Below are positions 1 through 15,141 of a stretch of DNA of 64,000 nucleotides, in pieces (positions within the stretch are counted from its first letter, which is position 1; each line of letters begins with the position of its first letter). Below the pieces are notes generated by a model. It had not been told where the DNA came from. It saw nothing but the letters and a program-made list of their open reading frames with translations, and searched no databases. The position numbers and the translations under genes were made by a program. This DNA is from Chrysomallon squamiferum (lineage: Eukaryota; Animalia; Mollusca). The DNA is taken from NCBI GenBank assembly GCA_012295275.1, contig CM022674.1, positions 5,766,001 to 5,830,000 on the forward strand. The letters run 5' to 3'.

Positions 1-393
1 AAGCGCGGGAATATGATAGGATGTTGATGGCCGCGCATTCTCACAAGTCTCGTATTTAAACAGAAAAAGTAAAAAAATGCAAAGACTACATAAAACGTGC
101 GTAGTGGAATATTAGTTCGGGTTTGATATATGATCTAATAAATACTAAGAAGAAATGTTCTTTTAAAATGAGTAAAAAGGTTTTGTTCGAGGGTATTTTT
201 TTCTACAATTACAAAGGAATAATTGTATTAGATTTTATTTCGAGAGTTATTTTTGTTTTCTTTCTTCTTTTTTTTTTTCTTTTTTTTTCGGCTTGTATTC
301 GATCGTATATGTAAAGTATAAATCATTATTGTTAGTAGTAGTAGTTATAGTAGAAATAATAAAATGTTAATGACGAGGATGATGATGATGATG

Positions 394-435
<42 letters not shown>

Positions 436-1074
436 TAATTTCAGTTTTTCTTTAAAGTTAATGTTGTATTATGGATTTTTGTCTTTCACGAGAATCATAA
501 ATCGTTTTAATTTAAAACGAAATCACTGCGAGCGATGTACAACCATAAAAGTTCCAAATTGATTATAATAAAATAATAATAATAAATAAATAAATAAATA
601 AATAAATAAATGCAAATATAAACGTTTAAAAACATAAAATTTTTTTTTTTAAAAAACAAAACCAATTTTTTTTTTTTTTAAATTTAAGAACAACAAATAA
701 TATTTGTTAGCAGTAATGAACAATTTTATTAATATATTAATAGAATAAAATTATTTGAAAATAAGCATAGATTATTTTAATCATAACAATGTAATGCACT
801 AAAAACTTTAAAAAATATAAATAAAAAATAAAATAAAATAAAATAAATAAATAAGTGTTTTCCTTAAATTAGGAATGTTTTATTTATGACATTTTATTCA
901 GAGAGAGACGAAGAAAAACAGACGTTCTGAAATACAATTACGAAAACTCTAGTACTAATTTTCTGCTGTTGAACAGTGTATTCGACCGAAATGATGAAAG
1001 CGATATTTGTCGATTCACTTTGTTCATCTTTAGATAGGTATTGATTATATTAAAACATGACATTGCAACACTGC

Positions 1075-1088
1075 GTTTCCTAGGTTAC
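1075..1088. promoter_or_regulatory. RFX X-box-like motif
   Basis: GTTTCCTAGGTTAC; a second motif GTTGCTTGGCGAC at 1687-1699. Confidence 0.4.
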
Positions 1089-1205
1089 ACGGCATACACA
1101 CGACACGTGTTTGTTTAGTAACACGTGGTTGGTTACATCGACTGACTGGTTGCTGTTCGATTGTTTTGTTGTCTGCCTGTCTGACACCGTTTGAATTATA
1201 TGACT

Positions 1206-1306
<101 letters not shown>

Positions 1307-1896
1307 GCATGGAGATAGGGAGGGAGAAGGGGTGAGAGAGGAAGGAGGAGAAATGAGAGAGAGAGAGATGTTTGTGTGTACATCCGTATGCATAGATATA
1401 TGTGTGTGTGTGTCTCTCTCTCTGTGTATATACGTACATATATATGTTGGATTTTATTCTGTATTTTATAAGCAGTGTTGTTTAAATTTTGTTGCATTTG
1501 TTTCATTGTCTTTGTCATCCTTTTAAATTTGAATTCATGCAGATGTATTCGATTTGTTTTTAATTAAATACACATAAATCCGTTCACATTCTTCAAATAC
1601 ATAGCTCTAAAAAAAAACAAAAAAAAAAACATGATAAAATAAAAAAAATTAAAACATCAAAAATATATATCAGACTGTCTATCTGGGTTGCTTGGCGACA
1701 GACAAGGAGTAAAATTATTTTTGAGACGACTTTCTGTAGCTTGAGTTACGAGTCTAACTTGTAGTTCGACAAACATTTTTTATTTTTTATTTTTTATATA
1801 TGTATGTATGTATATAATTTTGCTGCTATAGAAATGTATTTATAGACCATTTAATTTTAAATTATGTTTACGTGCGACTGAGCAAAATTGCATTTA

Positions 1897-1932
<36 letters not shown>

Positions 1933-2196
1933 CTGTTTCGCTTCGTGTCATTTTTCCGATGTATTCATACTTGTCTTTCTGCACGTTTTCTGTACAGCTT
2001 TTGAAAATAGTTTGTGTAAAGATCTAAACAAAAGAAGAAAGAATTTCTTTTTTATCCTCATCCGAAACCTTTCTTCTTTCTATCCATTATTTTCTTTGCT
2101 CATTCATTTCAGTCTTTTTCTGTGTCTTTATCTATCTACCATGTCTGTCTGTCTGTCTGACTCTCTCTCTACCTACCTATCTATATGTCTACATTT

Positions 2197-2227
<31 letters not shown>

Positions 2228-2237
2228 TATTTGATAT

Positions 2238-2305
<68 letters not shown>

Positions 2306-2323
2306 GTAGGTAGGTAGATAGAC

Positions 2324-2361
<38 letters not shown>

Positions 2362-3136
2362 CTGTCTACATACCTATCTATCTATATATATATATTTCTG
2401 TCTACCTACCTATCTATCTATCTATATTTATTTTTCTATCTTTCTCTCTCTATATAGATATGTCTACTAATCTATGTATGTGTGTCTGTCAATTTGTTTT
2501 ACTCACATATATATATCTGTATACAAATATATCTCTCAATCTAGCTAGATTCTACAGATATTAACCCGTACGTTATATACACATAAATAATTACATAATG
2601 CATACACACTGATATACATACACACACATACCTATATATATATACATGCATACATACACACGTACACACACATGTATATTTACACATATATATACATACA
2701 CATATACATACATACATACATATACACATATACATATATATATAATATACACATACATACAACACATACATATATTTAATTATTCATTTAGCTTTATATA
2801 TAAGCGTTACTGATTCTATAAGAAACAAGACATCTATCGAGGTACAAATCAATCTTGGTGTCGGCATCTTCAGATTAGTTTCAAAGTTAACGACAGCGAT
2901 TTCCGAGCGTCCTGTTGTTTTATGCAACCGAAGTCACGTTGCTATGAGCGATACGTCATTATATTGCATGTAGTCAGAACAATAAAATGTGGTAATGCCC
3001 GATTATTTCCATAAAGCTGTGGATTTTTATGCGATCGTAAACACCATTTTTCTAAAGTGTGTTTACCTGATTTCTAGCAAGTTCAAACTTGGTGACCTTT
3101 GTCACGTTAATCTTCTCTCTGTTTTGTGCGTATGTG

Positions 3137-3187
<51 letters not shown>

Positions 3188-3388
3188 TGTACGCAGGTGA
3201 TTACCTCTGTGTGTCTGTTTGTCTAAATTGTTCCAAAAAGTAGGAATGTGCCTTTCTGACTGACTTGTTTTTGTAGGATGTGTATCTCTGTCTTCCTACC
3301 TATACCTATAATTTAACTGTCTCTCTATCTATCTATACATCTATATCTGTCTATATATATACATACATAAATACATACATACATTCAT

Positions 3389-3421
<33 letters not shown>

Positions 3422-4021
3422 AACACACACATATATATACATATACATATATATATACACACACAAACACACACATATACACATTTATATATAAACACAC
3501 ACATAAATACATACATACATATATATATCTACACACACACACATATATAAAACTGTCCGCCTGTCTGACTGTCTACCTACTGTCTATATATTTCTTGATT
3601 AAAAAAAAAACAAAGTATGTATTTGTCTGTCTGTCGGTTTGTATATCACGGTATCTGTATATCCGTATATTTGGTTTTACATTCCCATACCCTGGCTCTG
3701 TCGGAACAATGGGAAATCCTAAAATAGAAGAACAATGTCATTAAAAATAAATAAAATTTTGCTGTAGCCGCGATTGCTCTAGATTTAGAATAATAAAAGT
3801 TTAATTAGGAATGCCTCTTTTAAACGTGTGTTTGTTTAGTGCCTGTACGCAGCAAACAGAATACGCACGTTTACGTGGTCTCCCAGAGGTGGGGGATCTG
3901 TTGCTAGGCAAAGGGAAAGTTACTAAAGTTAGTTTAGTATGTGAAAGACATTTAGAGTTTTTGCCAGTTGTTGCTTTCTTTTTCTTCTTTTTTTTTTTTT
4001 ATTTATTTATTTATTTATTTT

Positions 4022-4053
<32 letters not shown>

Positions 4054-4200
4054 TTTATTTATTATTATTATTTTTTATTTATTTATTTATTTATTTTTTT
4101 TTTTTTTTTTTGTTGTTTTTTTTGTTCGTTTTCTTTATCTGTTATAGAGACAGCGGAGTACCAGTAGCAGTATAAACAGTAGTCGCAACAGCAACAACAC

Positions 4201-4242
<42 letters not shown>

Positions 4243-4423
4243 TAGTAGTAGTAGTTATTTGAGGAAAGTTATACTGAAACCTCTCTGTGTCGACATTCAC
4301 CCAAGAAGAAACCTCTGTTTATATATATATATATATCTGAAAAAAACAGTATATATACACACACACACACACACATACATACATATATACATACATTCAT
4401 ACATACATACATACATACATACA

Positions 4424-4457
<34 letters not shown>

Positions 4458-4605
4458 CATACATACATACGTACGTACGTACTTACATATATACACATAC
4501 ATGCATACATATATACATACATACATATATATCTATATGGTTGTGTGTGTGTGTGTATTTATCAACCTCTGTGTGTGTGTGTGTATATTTATCTACCTCT
4601 GGGTC

Positions 4606-4651
<46 letters not shown>

Positions 4652-5415
4652 TGAGTGAGTGTATCAGTTATCCAGGTATAGCCAAACGGGATATAGGGCC
4701 ACGTGCCAATCCCTCTACACATGTGCCTACCATCAACAAAATTTGAATGGTTACGTATGTAGGGCCCCAGCGCACTGCTTTTCCCCGGGAGCCTGAAATG
4801 CTGTCCACATGGCCATGGAGTGTCTTAAGCCCACACGTGAGCCGTGTCTTCATCATCATCTTCTTCTTCTTCTTCTTCTTATTATTATTATTATTATTAT
4901 TGTTATTTAAACACGGTACTACGTACCAAACGAACTCATCCGCGGCAGCTGTTTCTTCGTCCGCGTTTTTGGTGTCGTCTGCTGCATGATGAAATAGTTC
5001 CGACACTAAATATGACGAAGTGCAATGAAGACGACAAAAGCACAGCATAAACAGATAGGTTAGTAGGCCATCTTATCGTCTCATCTTACCACGACTTGGT
5101 ATGTATTTTGAATAACATATTGCACATGGAGAATGCTATCGTTGTAGGGTTTAAAAGGTCATGCAAACTTGCAAAGTAAGTCTGTATAATAACAATTATG
5201 TAGAAGTAGCATTTTTTTTTTTTTTCTTTTCTTTTTTTTAATTTCAGTTCGATAATGACCAGATGGGGAAAATCTGTTCGTAAAATTATAGGACAGTTTG
5301 GTTTTAATACCATATGTTACAATTAGAAGTTTGTCAGTCATTCGTTGTTGTTTTTTTTCCTTTTTTTTTGTTTCTTTTTCTTCTACAAATATGTTTCAGT
5401 CTTTTTGCATTCCCT

Positions 5416-5499
<84 letters not shown>

Positions 5500-6485
5500 A
5501 TATTTATAGGTATATCTATTCATGGAACAAATTCTCGTAATATAATTTAATAATATACACACTCATACTCACAGATAAAAGCACAAGCACACAAACACAT
5601 GTAATTTATGTGTATGTATAAGTATATATAATAATAATAATAAATAAAATACCGTTATTTAAAAGGGCAGTAATAAAATTTAACTTACGAAACAAATGAC
5701 AATGACGATAATAATGATAATGAGAATAAATTAATGAAAGCAAAAACTATTTTAATGAAGTTGATGACGATGATAATAACAATAATAATAAGAATTATTT
5801 GTAATGAAGGTGATAATGATGATGATGATGATGATCTTAAACACCAGCATCATTTTTGTATATTGTTGTACTGATTGTTTTTGTTGTTGTTGTTGTTGTT
5901 GTTGTAGCTGTTGTTTTTGGCTATGACGACAACGATGTGTCCATTTTATTTACATTTGCTACCATCGTACCCCACAATATTTATATCAACACTGACCGCC
6001 ATTACATATTTTTACCTTTATTGTATAATGACACCCATGAGTGTCCATTTAAACAAAAACAATAATTAACAATATTAATTAATTATTAAAGCGTTGTGCG
6101 CCAGCTGGTCTTGGCTCCATGTTGTACACGTGGCTGTTGCAGATGTTCAATGAAGCGTGTAAAGAAGATGATCGTCGTCGGTCATGTGATGCTGCAGTGT
6201 TGTTAGTTGTCGCGGTCGTTTTTGTCCGAAATTATTCAGGCCTGTAACGCGGCAAAGTGTGCGCTGTGATGTCGACATTAAATATGGAAAAGCTACGACA
6301 AAAGATAAAACTTTGTATTCGACAATACGTCGATGGGTGTGTTTACGCCTTGTAGTCAATTATTTGGTTTGAAAGCTGTGTTGGTTTTTTTTTTGTTTAT
6401 AATCGTTTGTTTTCATACCGTTTGAAAATATTACTTATTGTGTATGTATTTATTTTGCAAAATTATTCCTAATATTACTGTTTTT

Positions 6486-6519
<34 letters not shown>

Positions 6520-6836
6520 CTCAGAATAATATGTATAAATGTCTTTACATGCGTGTCCATGTTTTGGTGCCTGTGATTTCTGTCTGTCAGTATATCTGTC
6601 TGTCTGTCAGTCAGTATATTTGTCTGTCTGTCAGTATATTTTCTGTCAGTCAGTATAGCTTTCTGTCTGTCAATATATCTGTCTGTCAGTCAGTATATAT
6701 TTCTGTCTGTCAATATATCTGTCTGTCAGATATTATATAGGTAGATAGACAGATATCCAGACAGAGACAGACAGACAGGCAGATAGATATATAAATAGAT
6801 AGATAAATAGATAGATAGATAGATAGATTGATAGAC

Positions 6837-6868
<32 letters not shown>

Positions 6869-7554
6869 ATATTAATAGCACATGATGTCACATACATACA
6901 GTATGAAAACCTATAAAAACATTAACATACACATTCATATAAAAATATATATTTCATCTTCAAGTGCATGCATAAAGACTTAGAATCTGACTGTTTCTGT
7001 CGGTCTACCTACCTACCTATCTAGGTTTGTCTTTTTGTCTATATCTCTATCCGTCTATCTCTCTATCTACCTATCTGTCTAGTTATCTATCTATTTATCT
7101 GCTTGTATGTTTATCTATTCACATCTGTCTTCTTTTATCTATTCATTCAACTTTTATTTCGGTTATCTACTTTTATAATTTATTCATATTTGGTCTCTTT
7201 GACAAATACGAGTATAAAACATTAATTATGCCACACCTTTAACCTACAACATATGTTAATGACTTATCAGTTATTGATAACAATAGCGCTTAAATTGAAA
7301 ACCATTCTTGCTTGAAGATAAACTAGTAACCGTGAATGTTTGGTACATAAGGTTTTATAAAACTACAAAAATAATATATATAGCGTTTTCCATATGATAA
7401 CACAACTGTCATCAACCATAGGTAGTTAAAAATTAATTGTATTCTATTCATCTTGTTTTATGTTCCGCAGATGCCTTTCAGTTGTCACTTCTAAATGGTC
7501 CGTGACTTTTTAGCTATAATTTAATAATGTTTGTGATGATGATGATTAATAATT

Positions 7555-7605
<51 letters not shown>

Positions 7606-8037
7606 CAACAACAACAACAACAATAACAACTACAACAACAATAATAATAAATAATTAATTAATTAACAGCAACAAATAATAATAATATAAATGTTATAAT
7701 AATTAATAATAATATTAATTGTAACAACAACAACAACAACAAAATAAATAAATAAATTATTAATTAACAACAACACATAATAATAATATAAAAATAATAA
7801 TAATCACGACAATAAAAGTAATAGTTACAATAGTAAATACAAATAACAACAGCAACAACAACAAAATAGTTACAACAACAATAAAAATAACATCAAAAAC
7901 CAAAACAAACACAGAAGAAATAAAACATAAAAAATAATAATTATTATTATAATCGTGTCTTACAAACTGTAAAGAATGAAACTATTTACTTACAAAGTGG
8001 AAATTTAAACACTTTCGTCAAGTTAAAGGTCAGAACA

Positions 8038-8096
8038 TTATGACGTCATAAAGCTTTGTCGTAGACAAACTTAATTCTAGCAATACAATGGTAAGT
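8038..8096 (+). promoter_or_regulatory. CRE palindrome and candidate first (mostly non-coding) exon with consensus donor
   Basis: TTATGACGTCATAA (full CRE TGACGTCA at 8041-8048) followed by CAATG|GTAAGT (donor at 8091), 3.8 kb upstream of the acceptor at 11882. Confidence 0.4.
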
Positions 8097-8700
8097 TCTT
8101 TTTTATTTTTTTATTTATGCGGGGTTTTTTTAGTGTGTTTTTTTTCTTTATTTTAAGTTTGCTTAAATAGGAGGAGGTATATTCTTCCTTTGAAAATGTA
8201 ATAACTGTTATTTATTGTGCAGGCAGGCAAAATAAATAAATAACTGATAGAAATGTGTTAATTTCTGTTCATTGATCGTTTATCGAAGCGAACTGGATTT
8301 TTTTTTTTTTTTTTTTTTTTTTAAATCTCATCCGTATTAACGTAGAGAGTAATTACTTGAACTTAATCAATTCTGGTACGACCTAACAGCACGGAAACCA
8401 GTAGATGAACGAAGTTTTTTAAGGATTCTTAAAACGAACGATGAGTAAGATGATAATGATGACGATGACAATAGAAAGAAGAAGAAGAAGATGATGATGA
8501 AGTAAAAAGGGGGGAAAAAATAAAATTTAATAAATTAATCTGAAAATAAATGATTTTATGAATCACAAAGAATATAAATAAAAATTTAGTTAATTAATAT
8601 ATTTATTTTCATTTTTATTTATTTAATTTTTATTTATTTTGTTTAATGAAATGCAAATCATTCTGCATGTCTTCTTTCTTTCTCAGTACTTTGCACGCAT

Positions 8701-8780
<80 letters not shown>

Positions 8781-10240
8781 ATTCTTACACACACCACTCC
8801 CTCTAAATACCAGTACATACATAATTACGTGTATGCGCATATATATATATATATATATGTACATACATTCGCATTGTATATATATTTCGGTTTTTAATTC
8901 TTAAATTCAAACTAAAATAGTACTTGCAACCAATAATTTAATTTTGAAACATTTTAAATCTATATTTAGGTAAGAAAAGAAAGTATATTTTAGAGCTTTC
9001 TTTTTATCATTCCATAGACAAGATAACAAAAAGAAAAAAAAAGTGTCTTTAAAAGAAAAGAAAATCTTCTCTTTTTGACATTTTACTGTGAGACGGAGAT
9101 TAGTGGAAAAGGTCATTAACACGCTTTCAACTCTGAATTAATTATTTTTTCAAACCTAACTGGCTCCAGAGAATTGTTACGCTGGCCACTTCGTGCATTC
9201 CCGTGGAATTCCGTGATTCATTTACACGGAATGAAACGATGTTGAACTTTTGGGCGTTGCGAGTTTACCTATGTATACCTATGTAGCCTCCTGCTTAATA
9301 GAATGCAAATTGCTTTGTTGCTGTGTTTACAGGTATTTGCTTCACCTGGTTTATCTGGTTTTTCGGGTTTAATCTGAAATAGTTTTCCCTACTCTTTTTA
9401 CTGCCTTACATATTAAAACGACATCAGATAATTGCTACCTTTGGGAACAGCTTTTTTCGCTTTCCTTCATAACGAAGAGAAAATTTCCCTCGAGCTGAAA
9501 AAAATGTGTTAAATATGTGCATGTTAGCAAAAGTTGCTTATCTGTGCTGGTACGAGAGAAAAAAAAATTTGATGAAATATCTTTTTTGATGTATCTCCAA
9601 GTGAATATTTTATTTTTATGTAAAATAACCCTTAGGTAATAATATAGTATAACTATCGCGTACAATTTCATAAGTGTCGCAATTTAATATTGTTTCTTGT
9701 ATATTGTACATTGTATTTTATATATGACTTATGTTAATAATAATAATAAGAGTTATGGATGCCACGCAGGATGTTGAATTTTTTGTATTCCGTGTTACAT
9801 AGCAGGAAAAATTGCAAATAAAATAAAATAAAATAATAACATAAATAAATAAATAAAATAAAATAATAACATAAATAAATAAAATAAAATATTAAGTTTT
9901 AAAATCAAATTAAAGTTTAAAATTTTTTAAAAGATAAAGAAAAGAATAAAGTTACTGTGAAAAACAGAGAAAATATTACTGTGACGAAATGAAAAGAAAA
10001 CGAATATTTGAATGTAATATATAATAATAATACCCCTCTCTCTCTCCGAATTTGTTTGACTACAAATATTTCATTAAAGTTAGATAATCGTAATAATAAT
10101 AATGAATTAAATCTGATTTTTCATACAATAAACCTTAGTGTAGAAACGAATTAAAATAAATTAACAAATGAAATGCTTACTAATCAAGATCAATGAATAA
10201 ATAAATATTAAATGAATTGATAAATAATGTTCGTCCTAAA

Positions 10241-10297
<57 letters not shown>

Positions 10298-11071
10298 CGC
10301 AATAATAATAATAATAATAATAATAATAACCACAACAATAACAATAATAATGTATTATCTTTTCAGGAAATGTATTTCTCCGACTCGATGTAACAAAATT
10401 AGTTCCATTTTTCCCTTTGGAGATAAGCAGACGTCAGTGTCACTAAGCAGACGACAATCTTCTGGACATGGCACGTCACTAAGTGTGACCTTCAAGGTCA
10501 AACGTGAAATACAAACGACTAAAAGGAAATTCACAAGATAATGTTAGTTTGTCTTTTCCTTGTGTCTGAAAGTTATTTTCGATATATCCTTTTGAAAAAT
10601 ACTGAAGAAATGTGGGTTAGGCTTACAATGAATATAAAAAATAAATAAATAAATAAATTAAAAAGAAGAAGAAAAAGAAGTTTTAATTATAGAATAAAAT
10701 TATTAAAGCTATTATTATTACTATTACTTTTATTATTATTACTACTACTACAACTCCTACTAATACTATTGTTATTATTGTTATTATTATTACTACTACT
10801 ACTATTATTATTATTATTATAATTCCATTCAAACGTTAAGCGTACATGTCCATTTAATTTGTAAATATTTATTTATGTATTCATCATTAGTGGTGTTTTA
10901 GTTTTAATATTAATAAGACTGCAGATAAGTGACACCGGATATATAATAATTATAAATTAGGTATTTATCTTTGTTAAGGACTAAATTTGTACATAAGGAA
11001 TTTTAACCAAAATATATAACATTTGTCTTTCTTACCTTTTTCTTTCATTTTTTTTTTGTTTTTTTTTTTTG

Positions 11072-11132
<61 letters not shown>

Positions 11133-11268
11133 TTAAATACAGTAAATTTTAAATAGACGAAGAGCTAGAATATTGATTTATTTATTTTTTTTTTTTTTAT
11201 TGCGCTAATTATAAAATGTTTTACTTTTCCTGCTTTGCTCGCTCTGGCTGACATTAATAAATTACTAA

Positions 11269-11300
<32 letters not shown>

Positions 11301-11893
11301 TTTTTTTATGTATGATAATAAAAATGTAAAGATTAAAATATTAAATTAAATCAATAAAACATAACTTTAGCATCGAAATTTTTCTTTTCTTCTTTTGACC
11401 CTCATTTTTATTTTAGCACTCTCTCTGATCTTTGTCACTTTATCTTTATTCTATACTTTTTTACTTATTTTTTTTATAGCGTCGAAGTTTCACGTTAAAC
11501 TTTAGTGCATGCCAGAATATTTCCTTATACATACTATATCAAAAAATGTTGACATTTGTCGTCTGCCTGTAGGGTACACTAACCAATGATATTTCATTTA
11601 TCATCTTTACAGAAGTGTCCAATTAAAATTAACCTTCTTCGATCAGTTTCGAACGTCTCAATGTTTTGGTATTGCCAAGGAGCTACAAACAAGGCGGGCG
11701 ACATTATAATGTACCTCGGGTATTGTTGTTTCGTTAACAACAAGGAAATCAATATGTACACATTCAAACAAATCGTTGGCTAAATCTATTCTGTGGGTCA
11801 CAGCGTGCATGTTATTGCCATAAACAAACCATTAAAGAAATTACTTTTTTTTTTTATTTTTTTTTTTTATTCATGATTTAAGCTACCGTAAAA

Positions 11894-12058
11894 ATGGCTG
11901 ACCACAAACCATTACCATGTGCCAGGCAGTTGTCAGATACGGACAAACAACTTTCCCTCGAAAGTAATGCTGTAGCATTTACAGTTGACTGGGGATCGTC
12001 GAAATCCGATAAAGAAAACCTGCAAGAATGTTTCCTGAAGTTCAGAAAAGAGCGTCAG
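11894..12058 (+). CDS. Probable first coding exon (55 aa) of the NlpC/P60-like gene
   Basis: AAAATGG start context; open non-repetitive frame MADHKPLPCARQLSDTDKQLSLESNAVAFTVDWGSSKSDKENLQECFLKFRKERQ ending at CAG|GTAGTA (phase 0). Poly-T acceptor TTTAAG at 11882. The phase matches the exon at 56626 and the joined sequence reads as one continuous charged helix (FRKERQ-REALQLKKMKK). The link to the downstream exons is inference. Confidence 0.65.
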
Positions 12059-12141
12059 GTAGTACAGCTTTAAATTTATCTTTATTTGAATATTCATGTT
12101 GCGTCGATGTATTATCGAAGCTTCCCTAAAACCGTTACCAA

Positions 12142-12240
<99 letters not shown>

Positions 12241-12459
12241 ATTCTCACACACACCACTCCCTCTAAATACCAGTACATACATATGTACGTGTGTGTGCAT
12301 ATATATATATATGGATATAGACGTTCGTGCATGATATATATATATAATAACATTCGCATTGTACATATAATTCGGTTACTATCATTTCTTGCTTAGCTGA
12401 TAAAATTAATTTTAAATAAATAATATTATGATTTCAAAGTACAGAAATAATAAAAATGG

Positions 12460-12502
<43 letters not shown>

Positions 12503-12639
12503 GCAGGCGCCGAAATTCTTAAATTAAATACATATATATATAGTTAAAATAATAATAATAATAAAATTTTAAATAAAATATGAAGATGACTCATGCTAAA
12601 ACAGAAGTGATCTGTAGCTGACTAATTACACGAGACACA

Positions 12640-12750
12640 ACTGATCACATGATCAGATTTGCTTGAATTATCTGTATCCTGTTCCAGATTGTACTCCAAA
12701 TGCCATGATATGTGCTTTTCTATTTAAAGGAAACCTTGCTGCTGATGGTT
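12640..12750 (+). mobile_element. Degenerate SINE fragment (mollusc-type tRNA SINE with Nin-like core)
   Basis: CCTGTTCCAG...GCCATGATATGTGC...CCTTGCTGCTGAT is roughly the reverse complement of the related copies at 32.6 and 39.9 kb. Family assignment is from recall. Confidence 0.4.
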
Positions 12751-14329
12751 CAAAAACATTTGTAATATTTTAATAAGTTTATAAAAAAAAATGTCTTTCT
12801 TTGTCTGTCGGAAACAAAACTTCTAAACAAACTGAGCAGTCATTAACATTATTGAAAAAAGATTAGTGAAATTTGAATATTTTATTATCAGTATCCACTG
12901 ATTTGATAGAAGCATTCTTGGAATAACTTGCTTTCATAATTTTTTTTTTTTAAATCAATACAAATACTAGTTAAGTACAGCTTTAGTACATGATAAGCAC
13001 CATAACTGAGATAATTAGTCTAAAATAAGACAAATATGTTTTTGAAACTTAATATTAACAAATTTATGTCTTGTGGTTTTCTAAGTTAATATTTTATATG
13101 ACTTAACAGTTTCCTTCAGTCTTGTTTTCTTTCATTTTTATCTCTCTCAATTCACATACAAGCATACAGGCATGCACAAATGCACACACAAAATTATATT
13201 TTTCTATTTACATATATTAATCATTTGTTGTGATTGTTGTTATTACTAATCAGCAACTTGTGAAAAAAAAATATAAATAAAAAGCAACAGTTGTTTTCCC
13301 ATAACTTCAAAATTTCATTTTAAATTCGTTTTTCATTGTTACTGTTGTTGTTGTTTTTGAGACATCCGTTAATTTTTAAGATTTGATTACTAATATGTTT
13401 CTCATTTTTTTTTTTTTTTTTATTTCTTTATTAAATTTTTTATCCATTTCTTTATTCTCCTTCTTATTTTTCTTCTAATTATTACCTTACTTAAAAGTCC
13501 CAAATCAGAAGATGCAAACTAGTAATAATAATGAAAAAAAAAAGATGAAAAGAATTCCCAAGTTTATCGACAAAATGCATTGTTACTTCTGAAAACAAAA
13601 CTGTATCAACCTTCTTTGCTTTGGGCTAATCGGATGGATGGACAACAGGACCCAAATTTAAGCAATCAATTTTAGTCATAATACAAAAGCAAGATGGTGG
13701 CACAATGAAAATTGATTTTTCATGGCACAAAGTGTTTTATCAATACCACTGCCAAACGCTTGAAAACTTTCAAAAGCTTCTTTAGAAACTGAAAATTGAA
13801 ATTTCTTGCCTTTCAAACTGAAACAATGGGTTGTGTTACCACTGTGTTGAATTTTCTAGGACTGTTAACCATGGTCTGCCCTTTCAGCTTTGCACCATAT
13901 GTCCTGCTAATGTCAGTACAAATAATTGGAAGAAAAAAAAAAAAAATGGGGATGGGAAAGAGTTTTAATTTGTATTGATATCTTGTTTTAGTGTTCCTCC
14001 ATATAGTGGATTATTTTGTTTGAAAATATTTTTAAATAAAAAGTATGATGATGAGGATGATGATAGTAGTAATAATAGTAATCATAATAGTATAATAATA
14101 AATACAACAAAAATGATGATGAGATTTAATAAAACAGTTTAAATAATTGAATTAATTACCCACATTCTTGCAAATAAAACATGCAAATAAAAATTAAGTT
14201 TAGAAAAATAATCATTTTGTAACAAAAAATGTATTTTTTAAATACAAAAAAAAAATTGAATTTTCTAAAAACTTTTTATTTATAATGTGAATTAATTATG
14301 ACTTAAAAACTTTTTGGGATTTAAATTTT

Positions 14330-14910
14330 TACAGTCCAGTGAATTTTAAATTTTATTTTTCCTTTTTTTTTTAATCCAGTGAATTTTAAACTTTTTATTT
14401 CTACTTCTATCCAGTGACTTTTAAACTTTTTTCATTTCTATTTTTTGTCCAGTGAATTTTAAACTTTATATTTCTATTTTTTATCCAGTGAATTTTAAAC
14501 TTTTTATTTATACTTTTTCTATCCAGTGAATTTTAAACTTTTTTATTTCTATTTTTTTATCCAGTGAATTTTAAAACTTTTTTATTTCTATTTTTTATCC
14601 AGTGAATTTTAAACTATTTATTTCTATATTATTATCCAGTGAATTTTAAACTTTATTATGAATTTTTTATCCAGTGAATTTTAAACTTTTTATTTCTATT
14701 ATTATCCAGTGAATTTTAAACTTTTTATTTCTCTTTTTAATCCAGAGAATTTTAAACTTTTTATTTCTATATTATTATCCAGTGAATTTTAAACTATTTA
14801 TTTCTTTTTTTTTTTATCCAATGAATTTTAAATTTTTTTTTTTTTTTTTTTTTTTTTTATCCAGTGAAGTTTAAATTTCCATCCCCCTATCTTTTTATCC
14901 AGTGAACTAT
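14330..14910. repeat. Minisatellite, ~37-40 bp unit, about 15 copies
   Basis: Repeated TCCAGTGAATTTTAAACTTTTTATTTCTATTTTTTTA. Confidence 0.9.
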
Positions 14911-15011
14911 TTCAGTTCAGGTATTGCAGTTTATCTTAACATTGCTCAGTGAAGCAGAAGACATTTTTCTGTTCACCTTAGGAGGGTTGTCTTACGTCAC
15001 ATGTCAAGCAG

Positions 15012-15046
<35 letters not shown>

Positions 15047-15110
15047 TTTTTTATAGAAATGACTCACATAATGTAGGTGAACTTTCTTTTTTTAATTCAA
15101 ATTTAAATTT

Positions 15111-15141
<31 letters not shown>

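Noticed and set aside
4760-4805. GGGCCCCAGCGCACTGCTTTTCCCCGGGAGCCTGAAATGCTGT as a structured RNA
   Set aside because: Resembles a decayed terminus of a GC-rich MITE (recall); too short and with no partner end to annotate.
14330-14910. Regularly spaced repeat resembling a CRISPR array
   Set aside because: Eukaryotic context, the spacers are near-identical T-rich sequence and there are no cas genes; it is a minisatellite.
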